Shown here in pieces: positions 25,961 through 37,407 of a stretch of 64,000 bases of DNA. The notes below the pieces were generated by a model that saw only the letters and a list, made by a program, of their open reading frames with translations, was not told the origin of the DNA and did no database searches. The position numbers and the translations under genes are program-made. How positions within the stretch are numbered: position 1 is the stretch's first letter; the number at the start of each line of letters is the position of its first letter. The DNA comes from Myxococcota bacterium (lineage in GTDB: Bacteria > Myxococcota_A > UBA796 > UBA2385), in contig JBIJDH010000016.1 in NCBI GenBank assembly GCA_044344255.1, forward strand, positions 1 through 64,000, written 5' to 3'.

Positions 25961-27337
25961 ATGGACAAGCTCGTCATCGAGGGCGGCCGGCCGCTTGAAG
26001 GCACGGTCTCGATCAGCGGCGCCAAGAACGCGGCGCTGCCCATCCTCATCGCCACGCTGCTCGCCCCGGGGGAGCACCTCATCGACAACGTGCCCGAGCT
26101 GCTCGACGTGAGCTCGACCCTCTCCTTGCTCGGGCGCATCGGCTGCCCCTCGCTCGTGAGCGCCGACCCGAGCAACCTCTCGCCGCTCGCAGGGCAGCGG
26201 GTGCGGGTCGACTCGAACCGCATCGCCTGGTCGGAGGCCCCCTACGACGTCGTGCGCAAGATGCGCGCCAGCGTGCTCGTGCTCGGCCCCCTCCTCGCTC
26301 GCTGCGGGCACGCTCGGGTCTCGCTGCCGGGCGGCTGCGCCATCGGGGTGCGGCCGATCGATCAGCACCTCAAGGGCCTCGAGGCGCTCGGCTGTCGCTT
26401 CGAGCTCTCGGGGGGCTACGTCAATGGCCGGGTCGACCGCCTCGTGGGCGCCGAGATCCACCTCGACATGCCCACGGTCACCGGCACCGAGAACATCCTG
26501 ATGGCCGCGGTCCTCGCCGAGGGGGTGAGCGTCATCCGCAACGCCGCCCGTGAGCCCGAGATCGTAGACCTCGCCAAGTTCCTCCGCGGCATGGGCGCGC
26601 GCATCACGGGCGACGGCACCAGCATCATCGAGGTGGACGGCGTCCCGGCCCTGCGCCCCGGGCGAAAGGCCCACCGCATCCTGCCCGACCGCATCGAGAC
26701 CGGCACCTACATGACCGCCGCGGCGATCACGGGCGGCGACATCTTCTGTGAGGGGGCCGAGGCCCACGATCTCGGCGCCGTCATCGAGGCCCTGCGGGCG
26801 GCGGGCGCGACGGTCACCGTGAGCCCCGAGGGCATCCGCGTCTCCCGGCGCGGGCCGCTGCACCCGGTCAACATCGAGACGCGGCCGCACCCTGGCTTCC
26901 CCACCGACATGCAGGCGCAGTGGATGGCCCTGATGAGCCTCTCCACCGGGCGGGCCAAGATCGAGGAGCGCATCTTCGAGAACCGCTTCATGCACGCCGC
27001 CGAGCTCATGCGCCTCGGCTGCCGCATCGAGATCGACGGCTCGGTCGCGTATGTCGACGGCTCGCCCTCGCTCACCGGCGCCTCCGTGATGGCCACCGAT
27101 CTGCGCGCCAGCGCCTCGCTCGTGCTGGCGGGACTCGCGGCGCAGGGGCAGACGGAGATCCTCCGCGTCTACCACCTCGACCGCGGCTACGACCGCCTCG
27201 TCGAGAAGCTCAGCGCCCTCGGCGCCGGCCTCGTCCGGGTGGCCGACGACGTGCGCGTCCGCGCCGGCTCGCTCCGGGGCAGCGCGCTCGGCGACGGGGC
27301 CCCCCGCGACGGGGCCGCCGAGAAGGCGGCGGTCTGA
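25961..27337 (+). CDS. murA: UDP-N-acetylglucosamine 1-carboxyvinyltransferase
   Basis: SGAKNAALP, KMRAS, LPGGCAIGVRP, PDRIETGT, PGFPTDMQAQ, FENRFMH, TDLRAS, HLDRGY. Confidence 0.97.
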   Translation: MDKLVIEGGRPLEGTVSISGAKNAALPILIATLLAPGEHLIDNVPELLDVSSTLSLLGRIGCPSLVSADPSNLSPLAGQRVRVDSNRIAWSEAPYDVVRKMRASVLVLGPLLARCGHARVSLPGGCAIGVRPIDQHLKGLEALGCRFELSGGYVNGRVDRLVGAEIHLDMPTVTGTENILMAAVLAEGVSVIRNAAREPEIVDLAKFLRGMGARITGDGTSIIEVDGVPALRPGRKAHRILPDRIETGTYMTAAAITGGDIFCEGAEAHDLGAVIEALRAAGATVTVSPEGIRVSRRGPLHPVNIETRPHPGFPTDMQAQWMALMSLSTGRAKIEERIFENRFMHAAELMRLGCRIEIDGSVAYVDGSPSLTGASVMATDLRASASLVLAGLAAQGQTEILRVYHLDRGYDRLVEKLSALGAGLVRVADDVRVRAGSLRGSALGDGAPRDGAAEKAAV

Positions 27338-27365
27338 GCGCCTCTCCCCTCGCGCGGCCGCGCCG

Positions 27366-29177
27366 ATGACCATCCCCCGCGAGATCATCGACGCCGTCCG
27401 AGAGCGCACCGACATCGTCGAGCTCGTCTCGCAGACGGTCACGCTCGTGCGCAAGGGCACGAGCTACATGGGCTTGTGCCCTTTCCACCAAGAGAAGTCC
27501 CCTAGCTTCTCGGTGGTGCCCACGAAGGGCATCTACCATTGTTTTGGCTGCGGCGAGGGCGGTGACGTCTTCAAGTTCATGGAGAAGACGCGCGGGCTCT
27601 CCTTCTATGAGTCGCTGGTCGAGCTCGGCTCGGCGGTGGGCGTCGAGGTCCGCGACCAAGAGCAGAGCCCCACGGAGGTCCAGCGGGCCCGCGCCCGGGC
27701 AGACCTCTACGACGTCTGCGAGGCGGCGGCGCAGCACTTCCACAGGGTGCTGATGGCCCGCCCCGAGGGCAAGCCCGGCCGGGAATATCTGGAGCAGCGC
27801 GGCATCACGCGCGAGACCATCGAGCGCTACCGCCTCGGCTTCGCCTCCGAGGCCTGGGACGGCCTGCTCAACGAGCTGCACCGCCAGGGCATCGGGCCCG
27901 ATCAGGCGGTGGCGGCGGGCCTCGCGCGACGGCGGGAGGGCCGCCAGGGGGCCTATGACCTCTTCCGCGGCCGGCTCATCGTGCCCATCCAGGATCCGCG
28001 CGGCCGCGTGGTGGCCTTCGGCGGCCGGATCCTGCCCGGCGCCCCGGTCGGCACCGACGGCCGCGAGCCGCCCAAGTATGTCAATTCGCCCGAGTCCGAG
28101 ATCTACAAGAAGTCGAGCGTGCTCTACGCGCTCTTCCACGCCCGCCCCGACATCCAGCGGAAGGGCCGCGTCATCGTGGTCGAGGGTTACTTCGACGTGC
28201 TCTCGCTCCACCAGGCCGGCTTTAAGGAGGCGGTGGCGAGCTGCGGGACGGCGCTCACCCCCGAGCACGTCAAGATCCTCCGGCCGCTCTCCGCCGCGGT
28301 CATCGCCCAGTTCGACTCGGATGAGGCGGGGGTGCGCGCGGCGGTCAAGAGCATGGAGCTCTTCGTCGAGGCCGGCATTGAGCCCCGGCGCCTCGACCTC
28401 GGCGGCGCCAAGGACCCCGACGACTTCATCCAGCGCCGCGGGGCCGCAGCCTTTGAGCAGCTCCTCACGAAGAGCGAGCCCCTCTTCGAGGTGGCGCTGC
28501 GCCGCGCGGTCGGGCGCTACGGCACCACCCCGGGCGGCCTCGAGCAGGTGGTCACCGAGCTCTCCCCCCTCGTGCGCCGCTTCTCCGCCACCTCTCAAGC
28601 GGCGGTGGTCAACCGCATCGCCGCCTCCTTCGGGGTGCCCGAGGGCGCCGTGCGCGAGCGCATCGGCAGCGCCCGCGCCGCGCCGGAGGCCCACGCCGGG
28701 GCCCCGGCGCCGCGCTGGGTGGGCACGCAGGAGCTGAACCACCTGCTCTGGCTGCTCATCCACTTCCCGGAGCCGGTGATCCCCGTCGTCGCGACGGTCA
28801 CCAACCCCGCGATCGTCACGACGCGTCCATCCGCCTTACGCGCCATCGCCTTGTTGATGCAACGTGTCCCGCTGGCGCGCGTGCTCGACGAGGTCGGAGA
28901 CCTTGACCTGGTGCAGATCCTACGCAAGGCCGCGGCCCGGGATGGGCTCTACACGGTGGATCGTGCCGGTCAGGCCGCGCGGCAAATCCTCGATCGGCTG
29001 GAGCTCAACCGGATACAAGCCGAGCTGTCCACGGTCGAACGCGAGCAGGCTGCTTGCACGGCCGCGGGTGACGTGTCAAGGATGAATGAATTGCTCCAAC
29101 GGCGCGCATCGCTCCAACGGGAGCGGGACGCCCTCCGTCGCCGCAAGGGCCTTGGGGCTCCGGGATCCGAACGCTGA
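27366..29177 (+). CDS. dnaG: DNA primase
   Basis: CHC2 zinc finger CPFHQEKSPSF...HCFGC, FGGR, KYVNSPES, TOPRIM VVEGYFD, DSDEAG, KDPDD. Confidence 0.97.
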   Translation: MTIPREIIDAVRERTDIVELVSQTVTLVRKGTSYMGLCPFHQEKSPSFSVVPTKGIYHCFGCGEGGDVFKFMEKTRGLSFYESLVELGSAVGVEVRDQEQSPTEVQRARARADLYDVCEAAAQHFHRVLMARPEGKPGREYLEQRGITRETIERYRLGFASEAWDGLLNELHRQGIGPDQAVAAGLARRREGRQGAYDLFRGRLIVPIQDPRGRVVAFGGRILPGAPVGTDGREPPKYVNSPESEIYKKSSVLYALFHARPDIQRKGRVIVVEGYFDVLSLHQAGFKEAVASCGTALTPEHVKILRPLSAAVIAQFDSDEAGVRAAVKSMELFVEAGIEPRRLDLGGAKDPDDFIQRRGAAAFEQLLTKSEPLFEVALRRAVGRYGTTPGGLEQVVTELSPLVRRFSATSQAAVVNRIAASFGVPEGAVRERIGSARAAPEAHAGAPAPRWVGTQELNHLLWLLIHFPEPVIPVVATVTNPAIVTTRPSALRAIALLMQRVPLARVLDEVGDLDLVQILRKAAARDGLYTVDRAGQAARQILDRLELNRIQAELSTVEREQAACTAAGDVSRMNELLQRRASLQRERDALRRRKGLGAPGSER

Positions 29178-29247
29178 CCTTGACGGGGCCCTCTGGCCCG
29201 GCTGACCGCTGAGACACTCGGATACTACCAGAAGAGAGGGGCCACGA

Positions 29248-30981
<1,734 letters not shown>

Positions 30982-31033
30982 TGTGTCGGGTGTCCGCTCC
31001 TCGGCGCGGCGCCGGTCGGGGCGCGGACGGTGG

Positions 31034-31107
31034 GGGCCCATAGCTCAGTTGGTCAGAGCACCCGGCTCATAACCGGAGTGTCCCAGGTTCAAGTCCTGGT
31101 GGGCCTA
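31034..31107 (+). tRNA. tRNA with CAT anticodon, most likely tRNA-Ile2 (lysidine type; may be annotated Met)
   Basis: Acceptor GGGCCCA/TGGGCCT, D-arm AGCTCAGTTGGTCAGAGC, anticodon loop CTCATAA, T-arm CCAGGTTCAAGTCCTGG. CCA not encoded. Position after rpoD is typical. Confidence 0.92.
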
Positions 31108-31168
31108 TCCTCCCCGCTGCCCCCCTCGCGCCGGTTACAGCCGGGGCACCCCCCGTGGAGGAGCGCAA

Positions 31169-31900
31169 TTGCATCCAGACCTCATCGACCTGCAGGACCT
31201 CTGGAAGATCGACGCCGAGATGGACGGCCTCAAGGCTGAGGCGAAGGGCCTCGCCCAGTCGGTGGAGGCGGCGCGGGCCAAGGTGGTCGTGGTGGAGGCC
31301 GAGATCGCGGCCCTCGGCGTGAAGATCGCGGCCAGCGCGGCCGAGGAGCGGGCGCTCAACACGAAGCTGATCGACCACGCCTCCCGCCGGGACCGCACCC
31401 GCAAGCTCATCGACCTCGGCCAGGCCCCCGACTATGCCGCAGCCGTGCGGCAGTTCGAGCAGTCCTCCTCGATGGCCGACGACGCCGAGCTCGAGATCCT
31501 CGGCCTGATGGAGGGCCGCGAGGCCGTCGAGGCCGAGAAGAAGCAGCGGGAGAGCTTCCTCGGCTTCCTCAAGCTCCAGGTGGAGGAGGAGAAGAAGCGC
31601 CAGGCCGCCCGCCGCCCCGAGATCGAGGCCCGCTACAAGCTCCTCGAGGCGCGCCGGGTCGAGAAGCACGCGATGGTCCCGGTGCACCACCAGGGCCGCT
31701 ACCGCGACATGCGCACGCGCAACCGCCAGCCGGTGGTCAACATCGTCGGCAAGACCTGCCCGCAGTGCCACATCGACGCCGCCCCGCAGATCTACAACGA
31801 GGTGCGGTCCGGCAAGGGGCTGCATGTCTGCCGCGGCTGTGGGGCCTGGTTCTACGAGGTCGTCGAGGCTCCGCCGGCGGTCGAAGAGGGCGAGGAGTAA
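31169..31900 (+). CDS. Coiled-coil protein with C4 zinc ribbon (DUF164/CT398-like)
   Basis: LIDLQDLWKID start, long coiled coil, CPQC...CRGC. Confidence 0.85.
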   Translation: MHPDLIDLQDLWKIDAEMDGLKAEAKGLAQSVEAARAKVVVVEAEIAALGVKIAASAAEERALNTKLIDHASRRDRTRKLIDLGQAPDYAAAVRQFEQSSSMADDAELEILGLMEGREAVEAEKKQRESFLGFLKLQVEEEKKRQAARRPEIEARYKLLEARRVEKHAMVPVHHQGRYRDMRTRNRQPVVNIVGKTCPQCHIDAAPQIYNEVRSGKGLHVCRGCGAWFYEVVEAPPAVEEGEE

Positions 31901-31903
31901 CGC

Positions 31904-32545
31904 TCAGGCGCCTCCGTCCGCGTCGAGCTCCTGTGGGCTCGGTGGGGGCCCGCGCCAGAGCTCGCCGAGGTCGAGCGGCACGGCGTCAAAGGGCTCGGCC
32001 TGAACGTGCGCGTCACCCTCAAAGAGGTCGAGGACGACCCAGCGGCCGCCCTCGAGGCGCCACACCTCGAGCGTGCGGGTGCGCGGGTTGAGCAGCCAGT
32101 AATGGGCCACGCCGGCGCGGGCGTAGGCGCGGGCCTTCGCGCCGCGATCTCTGGCTTCGGTGCGCGGGGAGAGGATCTCACACACCCAGTCGGGCGCGAT
32201 CTCGATCGCCGCCTCCTTGAAGGGGGGGAGCCTCCCGTCCTTCCACCCAGCGAGGTCAGGGACCAGGGCCTCTTGGGAGAGGTGGAGCTCTGGCTCCGGC
32301 AGGATCAGCCAGCCGCCGGGGCCGCCGCGCCCCTTCTGAAAGGGGCCCTTGAGCTCTGCCCCCAGGCCGAGCTGCGCGAAGGCGTGCGCGGGAGCGGGGC
32401 GAGGGCTGACCACCAGCTCGCCCGCGATGATCTCTCCCACACAGTCATCGGGCACGGACCAGAGGTCGGCGAAGGTCGAGCGGCGGGGCGCGGGCAGGGC
32501 CATGAACGCCTCTACCTCAGCCGACGGCCGCTCGCCCTTGCCCAT
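31904..32545 (-). CDS. Uma2-family putative endonuclease
   Basis: EIIAGELVVSPRP..H, VPDLAGW, APDWVCEILSP, DRGAK..YARAGVAHYWLLNP. Confidence 0.9.
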   Translation of the reverse strand: MGKGERPSAEVEAFMALPAPRRSTFADLWSVPDDCVGEIIAGELVVSPRPAPAHAFAQLGLGAELKGPFQKGRGGPGGWLILPEPELHLSQEALVPDLAGWKDGRLPPFKEAAIEIAPDWVCEILSPRTEARDRGAKARAYARAGVAHYWLLNPRTRTLEVWRLEGGRWVVLDLFEGDAHVQAEPFDAVPLDLGELWRGPPPSPQELDADGGA

Positions 32546-32554
32546 CGAGCGGGC

Positions 32555-33595
32555 TCAGTCGAGGCCGCAGGCGAGGCGAGCGCGGTTCAGGGTCTGGCGG
32601 GCCACGGCGCGGGCCTTCTCGGCCCCCGCTCGGAGCACAACGTCGACCTCTTCGGGGTGGGCGTGCAGCCAGGCCTTCTTCTCGCGGGCGGGGCCGAAGC
32701 GGGCGTCGATCTGGGCCATCAGGGCCTGCTTGGCGTGGCCGTCGCCGTAGTTGCCGGCTCGGTAGCGCGCCGCCACCTCGGCGAGCTCGTCGGGCCCGGC
32801 GAAGAGCTTCATCATCTCGTAGGCCACGCGGCCCTCGGGCTCCTTCGGGGCCTCCAAGGGCGTACTGTCGGTCACGATCGCGTTGACCCGCCGCTTCAGC
32901 TCTTTGCCGGCCGCGAAGATCGGGATGGCGTTGTTGTAGCTCTTCGACATCTTGGTGCCGTCGGTGCCGATGACGTAGGGCGCCTCGGAGAGCTGGTGGC
33001 GCGGGACCACGAAGACCTCCCCGAAGGCCGCGTTGAAGGCGCCGGCGAGGTCTCGCGCCATCTCGACGTGGGTGACCTGGTCTTTGCCCACCGGCACGAC
33101 GTCGCTGTCGTAGATGAGGATGTCGGCCGCCATCAGCACCGGGTACACGAGCAGGCCGGCGTTGGCGTCGAGCCCGCGGGCGACCTTGTCCTTGTACGAG
33201 GGGCTGCGCTCGAGGTGCCCGGCGCTGATGCAGTTGAGCAGCAGCCAGGTGAGCTCGGTGACCTCGGGCACGTCGGACTGGCGGAACAGCACCGAGCGGG
33301 CGGGGTCGAGCCCCAGCGCGAGGTAGGTGGCGGCGACGTCGAAGGTGCGGTCGCGCAGCAAGGCGGCCGGCGTCAGCTTCGCAGCCGCCGCCGACTCCAC
33401 GAGCGTGGTGAGCGCGTGGTAGTTGGCGATGAAGTAGTAAGAATTGCCGGCCTCCTGGTAGCGGAGGTGCTGCACGATGGCGCCAAAGTAGTTGCCGAGG
33501 TGCAGCTCGCCGCTCGGCTGGAGGCCGGAGAGGAAGCGGAGGGGCCGCGGCGGGGTCGAGGGCGAGGCGGCCGGGGGGAGCGTCGGAGGAGACAT
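32555..33595 (-). CDS. trpS: Tryptophan--tRNA ligase
   Basis: SGLQPSGELHLGNY, YPVLMAADIL, VPVGKDQ, KMSKS. Probable start MSPPTL at 33595. Confidence 0.95.
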   Translation of the reverse strand: MSPPTLPPAASPSTPPRPLRFLSGLQPSGELHLGNYFGAIVQHLRYQEAGNSYYFIANYHALTTLVESAAAAKLTPAALLRDRTFDVAATYLALGLDPARSVLFRQSDVPEVTELTWLLLNCISAGHLERSPSYKDKVARGLDANAGLLVYPVLMAADILIYDSDVVPVGKDQVTHVEMARDLAGAFNAAFGEVFVVPRHQLSEAPYVIGTDGTKMSKSYNNAIPIFAAGKELKRRVNAIVTDSTPLEAPKEPEGRVAYEMMKLFAGPDELAEVAARYRAGNYGDGHAKQALMAQIDARFGPAREKKAWLHAHPEEVDVVLRAGAEKARAVARQTLNRARLACGLD

Positions 33596-33768
33596 CGGGG
33601 ACCTGCTGCGGAGGGGGCTTTGGGTAACCCGCGGCCTCCGCGCCTGCGCCCTCCAGCCCCCGCGCCCCCCGTCAGTACCAGACGCTCCCCGTGCCCAGGG
33701 CCAGCCCGAGGCCCCGCATCGCGTGCGCAGAGTCGCCGACGACGTCGAGGTAGAGCTGCTCGTCGCCC

Positions 33769-34258
33769 TTACGGAGGGGCGGCCATCTTCTCCATGCTCT
33801 CGAGGAAATGACCGGTGAACTGGAGCCGCTGGACGAGCAGGCGCACCTCCTGATCGGGGGCCCTCTTCGCCGCCTCGTCGTAGAGGATGAGCTGCCTTCG
33901 GCAGGCGATAGAACCAGACGGGGATCTGCTGCAGCAGCGCAGACCGGGCCTTGGGCGTGCTGCGGCCGCGGGCGACCGCGTAGGCCGCGCCTTGCAGGAT
34001 GTGGGCGCCGCCGAAGGTGTACTTGAAGATGCCCTGGCCCTTCTTCTCGAAGTCGGCGCCGGAGCTCATGGCGTCGGCGATGATGCGCGGGGAGACCGCG
34101 GATTGCAGCTCGCGAGCTCGCTCGATGAACCGCTCTATGTCGTCCTCCCGCTTCGCCTCGCGGAGCTCCCGGTGTACGTGGCCACGCCAGATACGGCTCT
34201 TCGGCCAGTTTCCGCGCACGCTCGACGCGGTCCCACCCAGATGCTCTCTCTTTGCCAT
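33769..34258 (-). pseudogene. Hypothetical protein with an internal frameshift near 33896
   Basis: AGGAGG RBS, then ATG 34258 reading MAKREHLGG...WFYRLPK. After a frame change the high-GC3 reading continues QLILYDEAAKRAPDQEVRLLVQRLQFTGHFLESMEKMAAPP* (TAA at 33769-33771). Confidence 0.6.
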
Positions 34259-34517
34259 TTCCTCCTGGCAGAGCTCATGGGAGTCCGGCGGCGTAGGCCA
34301 GGTGCGCCGGGCCCCTCGCACAAGCCGGCTTTGCCGGCGCGGAGAGGGTGGCGCGCCTTGCCGAAGCCGCCGGACGCCATACCCTCATGCCTGGAGGGAA
34401 TGGCCGTCGACGCCGCGGGCAACGTGCGTGCTCAAGCCGCAACCGGCGTGCGCCGCTACACCAGTCCTCCGCGTCGGTGGCCGGGAAGATCTTGTCCGTA
34501 GATCAGAGGATCAGGTG

Positions 34518-35417
34518 TCAGAAGATCGGCCTCACGAGACGGAAACCGTGGTAATCGTAGCGGGCTCGGGGGTCGACCTCGCCGCGGTACGAGACCCGGG
34601 CGATGGACTCGGGGTAATCGCACCGGCCCCCGCGGTAGACCTTGACGACTGACGATAGTCCGTCTGGATTCTCTACATCTCCACGATCGTAACCCTCAGA
34701 GTCGTACCCGTCGTTGACCCACTCCCAGACGTTGCCGCTCATGTCGTAGAGACCGCAGGCGTTCGGCTCTTTCTCTCCCACTGGGTGGGTCTCGCTGTCG
34801 CTATTGTCGCTATACCAGCCCACCTCATCCAGATCGTCGGAGCCGGCATACTTCAGGTCTGTGCCGCAGCGTGCGGACGCCTCCCACTCCGCCTCTGTGG
34901 GCAAGCGCCAGCCCTCACTCTCGTACGGGTCGCCCTTCGGCCCGCATGTCACGGAGGTCCCCTCCCCACTGCAGTGGTAGAAGGGCACCAGCCCATTCTC
35001 CACAGAACGGGCGTTGGCGTAGTCCGCTGCCATATGCCAGCTCACCTTCTCCACCGGGCAGTCATCACCACAGCTCGAGGAGTACGACGGCGTCGCACCC
35101 TCCATCAGACGCGCGTACTCCCCCTGGGTCACCTCCGTGCTGTCCATGACCCACGAGTGCGTGAGCGTCACCATATGCGCCGGCTCCTCATCCGGTTCGC
35201 AGTCCCCTCCCTGCCCCGGCGTGCAGCCCATCTCGAAGGTCTGCGCCTCCACACGTTCCGTCTCATACGGGGGTGGACCCAAGTCAACATCGGTGTCTGC
35301 GTCGGTGTCCGCGTCAGCGTCCGCATCCCCCTCACCGCCGTTTCCGCCAAAGGCAGCGTCCATCTCGGCGTCGGTCACCCAGCAGCCCGCCAACAACAGC
35401 ATAAGCACATTCACCAT
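34518..35417 (-). CDS. FGE-sulfatase (SUMF1/C-type-lectin fold) domain lipoprotein
   Basis: Lipobox LAGC, DADADT linker, FEMGC, TEVTQ, RLPTEAEWE, NACGLYDMSGNVWEW, RGG, GFRLVR. Confidence 0.9.
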   Translation of the reverse strand: MVNVLMLLLAGCWVTDAEMDAAFGGNGGEGDADADADTDADTDVDLGPPPYETERVEAQTFEMGCTPGQGGDCEPDEEPAHMVTLTHSWVMDSTEVTQGEYARLMEGATPSYSSSCGDDCPVEKVSWHMAADYANARSVENGLVPFYHCSGEGTSVTCGPKGDPYESEGWRLPTEAEWEASARCGTDLKYAGSDDLDEVGWYSDNSDSETHPVGEKEPNACGLYDMSGNVWEWVNDGYDSEGYDRGDVENPDGLSSVVKVYRGGRCDYPESIARVSYRGEVDPRARYDYHGFRLVRPIF

Positions 35418-37003
35418 CGCATGCTCCAGGTTAGCCCAGGTCCATTCAGTCCGAAAGTTGCGGAGACCGGCTGGGTGAATCCCACCACCGCAAGCAGCCC
35501 TCCCACACCGGCGAGGCCGTAACCCATGGCGTAAATCGAATTTGTGGAGCCCTGCAGAGACCTGGCGTCGGCCTCATTGAGCGAGCCCTGTTCCACACCG
35601 GAGAGGATAGACCGCTCTCTGGCCCAGCCCAGGCCCACAAGCGCACCTCCCAAAACAAGCCCGGCCCCGCCGGAAATCAGGAGCGGCCGTCGCGCGCTCG
35701 GAGCTTCCCTATGGCGCCGGCTGTCGTCCAGATCCTCATCCAACGTCCCTGGATGCGGCTGGCGCTCCACCTGACGATCGGCGCGAGAAGGCGGTTCATC
35801 CTCAACCTCCGAAATGGGACGCTGGATTGGTTTGGGAGCAAGGCGCGCCCGCGCTTCTTCCACCTCAGGAAGACTCACCTTGTAACTCTTACCATCCATC
35901 ACGATCGAGGCCGTTGAATACTCCCCGATGTAGGCCCGAATCGCCTGCTCCGCCATCGGTCCGCCGCGGTCCGCCACCTCCTTCGTGCTCTGCCAGTCCC
36001 GACGCGCCTGGTTTCGTAGATCGGAGACCTTGTCCGATCGCTCGGTCGCTCTTCGTCGGGCCTGCTCCACCGCCTCCTGCTCCAAGCGCAGCTGTTCCCG
36101 CTTCAGCGCCTGCAGGCGATCTTGGAGGTCGGAACCACCCGCCCGAGGGAGACTCGCCGGGTCAAGCGGATCCCGAGGGACCTTCGCCGTCAGTGCCTTC
36201 CGAGGGCCACCCACGAGCTCCGGGGTCTGGCTGTTTTGCCCCACCTGCCGCACCGACCGCGATGTCCACGCCTTCAGCTCATCCGAGGACACTGCCCCAT
36301 CCACAGCACCCAGCTCCCCATCGGCCCAGCCGCGGAGGCCGCCCACCAGTAGGTAGGTGAAGAGCCCGTGCCGCGCGGGCTCGTAGGCCCCCGCGACCTC
36401 GGAGGGACTCGCGCCGCTCCAGACGGTCACCCGATCTCGGGACTGGAGGGCGTAGACCGGCACCATCGGCCGACCGGCCACCAGGGCCTCCCCGCTCCGG
36501 GTGGCGTTGACATAGCAGGCATCGAGCACGATCACGACCTCGGCCGCCTTGGAGGTCACCGCGATGTCCTCGACCTCGGAGAGGGAGAGGGTGAAGTCCA
36601 CGAAGGTGCGGGCGTCCGCCTCGGCGCTCTTGCCCACCAGCGCCCGCTCGGTCTCCCCGTCGGAGCCAGTGGGCACCGCGGTGCCGTGGCCGGCGAAGTA
36701 GATCCAAAGAGTGCCACCTGCTTTCACTTCCGCCGCCGCGGACTTGATCGACTCGCGGATCGCGGCATGCGAGCCGTTCACGAGCAGGTGGGCCTGATCG
36801 GGCGGCAGGCCGCGTGTGTAGACCAGCCAGTCGTAGAAGACCTGCGCATCTCGGGCCGCGTAGGGTACGTCGGGGAGGGAGGCGTAGTCCTCGTTTCCGA
36901 CGACGATGGCAGCGTCGGCGGACGTTGTTGTGCCCGTTCGCAGCGGCTCATCGACAGAGGGGGGCTCTGCGGCGAGGGCGGCACCCAACAAGGCGAGCAA
37001 CAT
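35411..37003 (-). CDS. Secreted caspase-like protease (peptidase C14) with coiled coil and C-terminal TM hairpin
   Basis: Signal MLLALLGAALAA (ATG 37003). AIVVGNEDY, YFAGHG, VLDAC, HGLFTYLLVGGLRGWAD, QTP. Confidence 0.88.
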   Translation of the reverse strand: MLLALLGAALAAEPPSVDEPLRTGTTTSADAAIVVGNEDYASLPDVPYAARDAQVFYDWLVYTRGLPPDQAHLLVNGSHAAIRESIKSAAAEVKAGGTLWIYFAGHGTAVPTGSDGETERALVGKSAEADARTFVDFTLSLSEVEDIAVTSKAAEVVIVLDACYVNATRSGEALVAGRPMVPVYALQSRDRVTVWSGASPSEVAGAYEPARHGLFTYLLVGGLRGWADGELGAVDGAVSSDELKAWTSRSVRQVGQNSQTPELVGGPRKALTAKVPRDPLDPASLPRAGGSDLQDRLQALKREQLRLEQEAVEQARRRATERSDKVSDLRNQARRDWQSTKEVADRGGPMAEQAIRAYIGEYSTASIVMDGKSYKVSLPEVEEARARLAPKPIQRPISEVEDEPPSRADRQVERQPHPGTLDEDLDDSRRHREAPSARRPLLISGGAGLVLGGALVGLGWARERSILSGVEQGSLNEADARSLQGSTNSIYAMGYGLAGVGGLLAVVGFTQPVSATFGLNGPGLTWSMRW

Positions 37004-37031
37004 AGAGACTCCAATCCGTTCGAGGCAGGGT

Positions 37032-37047
37032 AGCAAGTCCTGTGCCG
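37032..37047 (-). promoter_or_regulatory. Sigma-54 (-24/-12) promoter upstream of the caspase/FGE operon
   Basis: Minus strand CGGCACAGGACTTGCT versus consensus TGGCACGNNNNTTGCW. Lies ~30 bp before ATG 37003 and a GGAG RBS. Confidence 0.65.
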
Positions 37048-37407
37048 CTTGAACAGCGCAGTCGATCGCACCGAATTCGCCCCTCCCGCGCGAAACGGCG
37101 TGGCCACCACACGCAGCACCGCGTCCCCCATACGCGGCACCGCCCCGGGGCTCGGCCGGGAGTCGGGAAGCGGGCCTCGAATTCGACCCTCCGACCAGCC
37201 TCGCGGCGGGCCGTCTGGTGGTGGTTCCGGCCGTCGACGAGGTTGCTCTCCCCGAGCAGGCGGAAGGCTTCTCCAGCCCGAGGCGGCTCCGGGGCTCATC
37301 GATGATGTAGGCGCGGAGTACCTTGGCATCATCGAGGTCGATGAGGGCCTCGCCTGTGTCGCGCCGTCGCTCGCCTTCGTCCACCCAGGCCGCCGCCGCC
37401 TGGATGA

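Noticed and set aside
31034..31107. tRNA as integration site of the downstream island
   Set aside because: Followed by core-type genes. No integrase or duplicated tRNA 3' end noticed.
31904..32545. Uma2 nuclease as part of a defence system
   Set aside because: A solitary gene of a family that is commonly multi-copy. No methylase or other defence partners adjacent.
32555..34321. 588-aa extended TrpRS
   Set aside because: The N-terminal part belongs to a separate frameshifted gene. TrpS motifs start after 33595.
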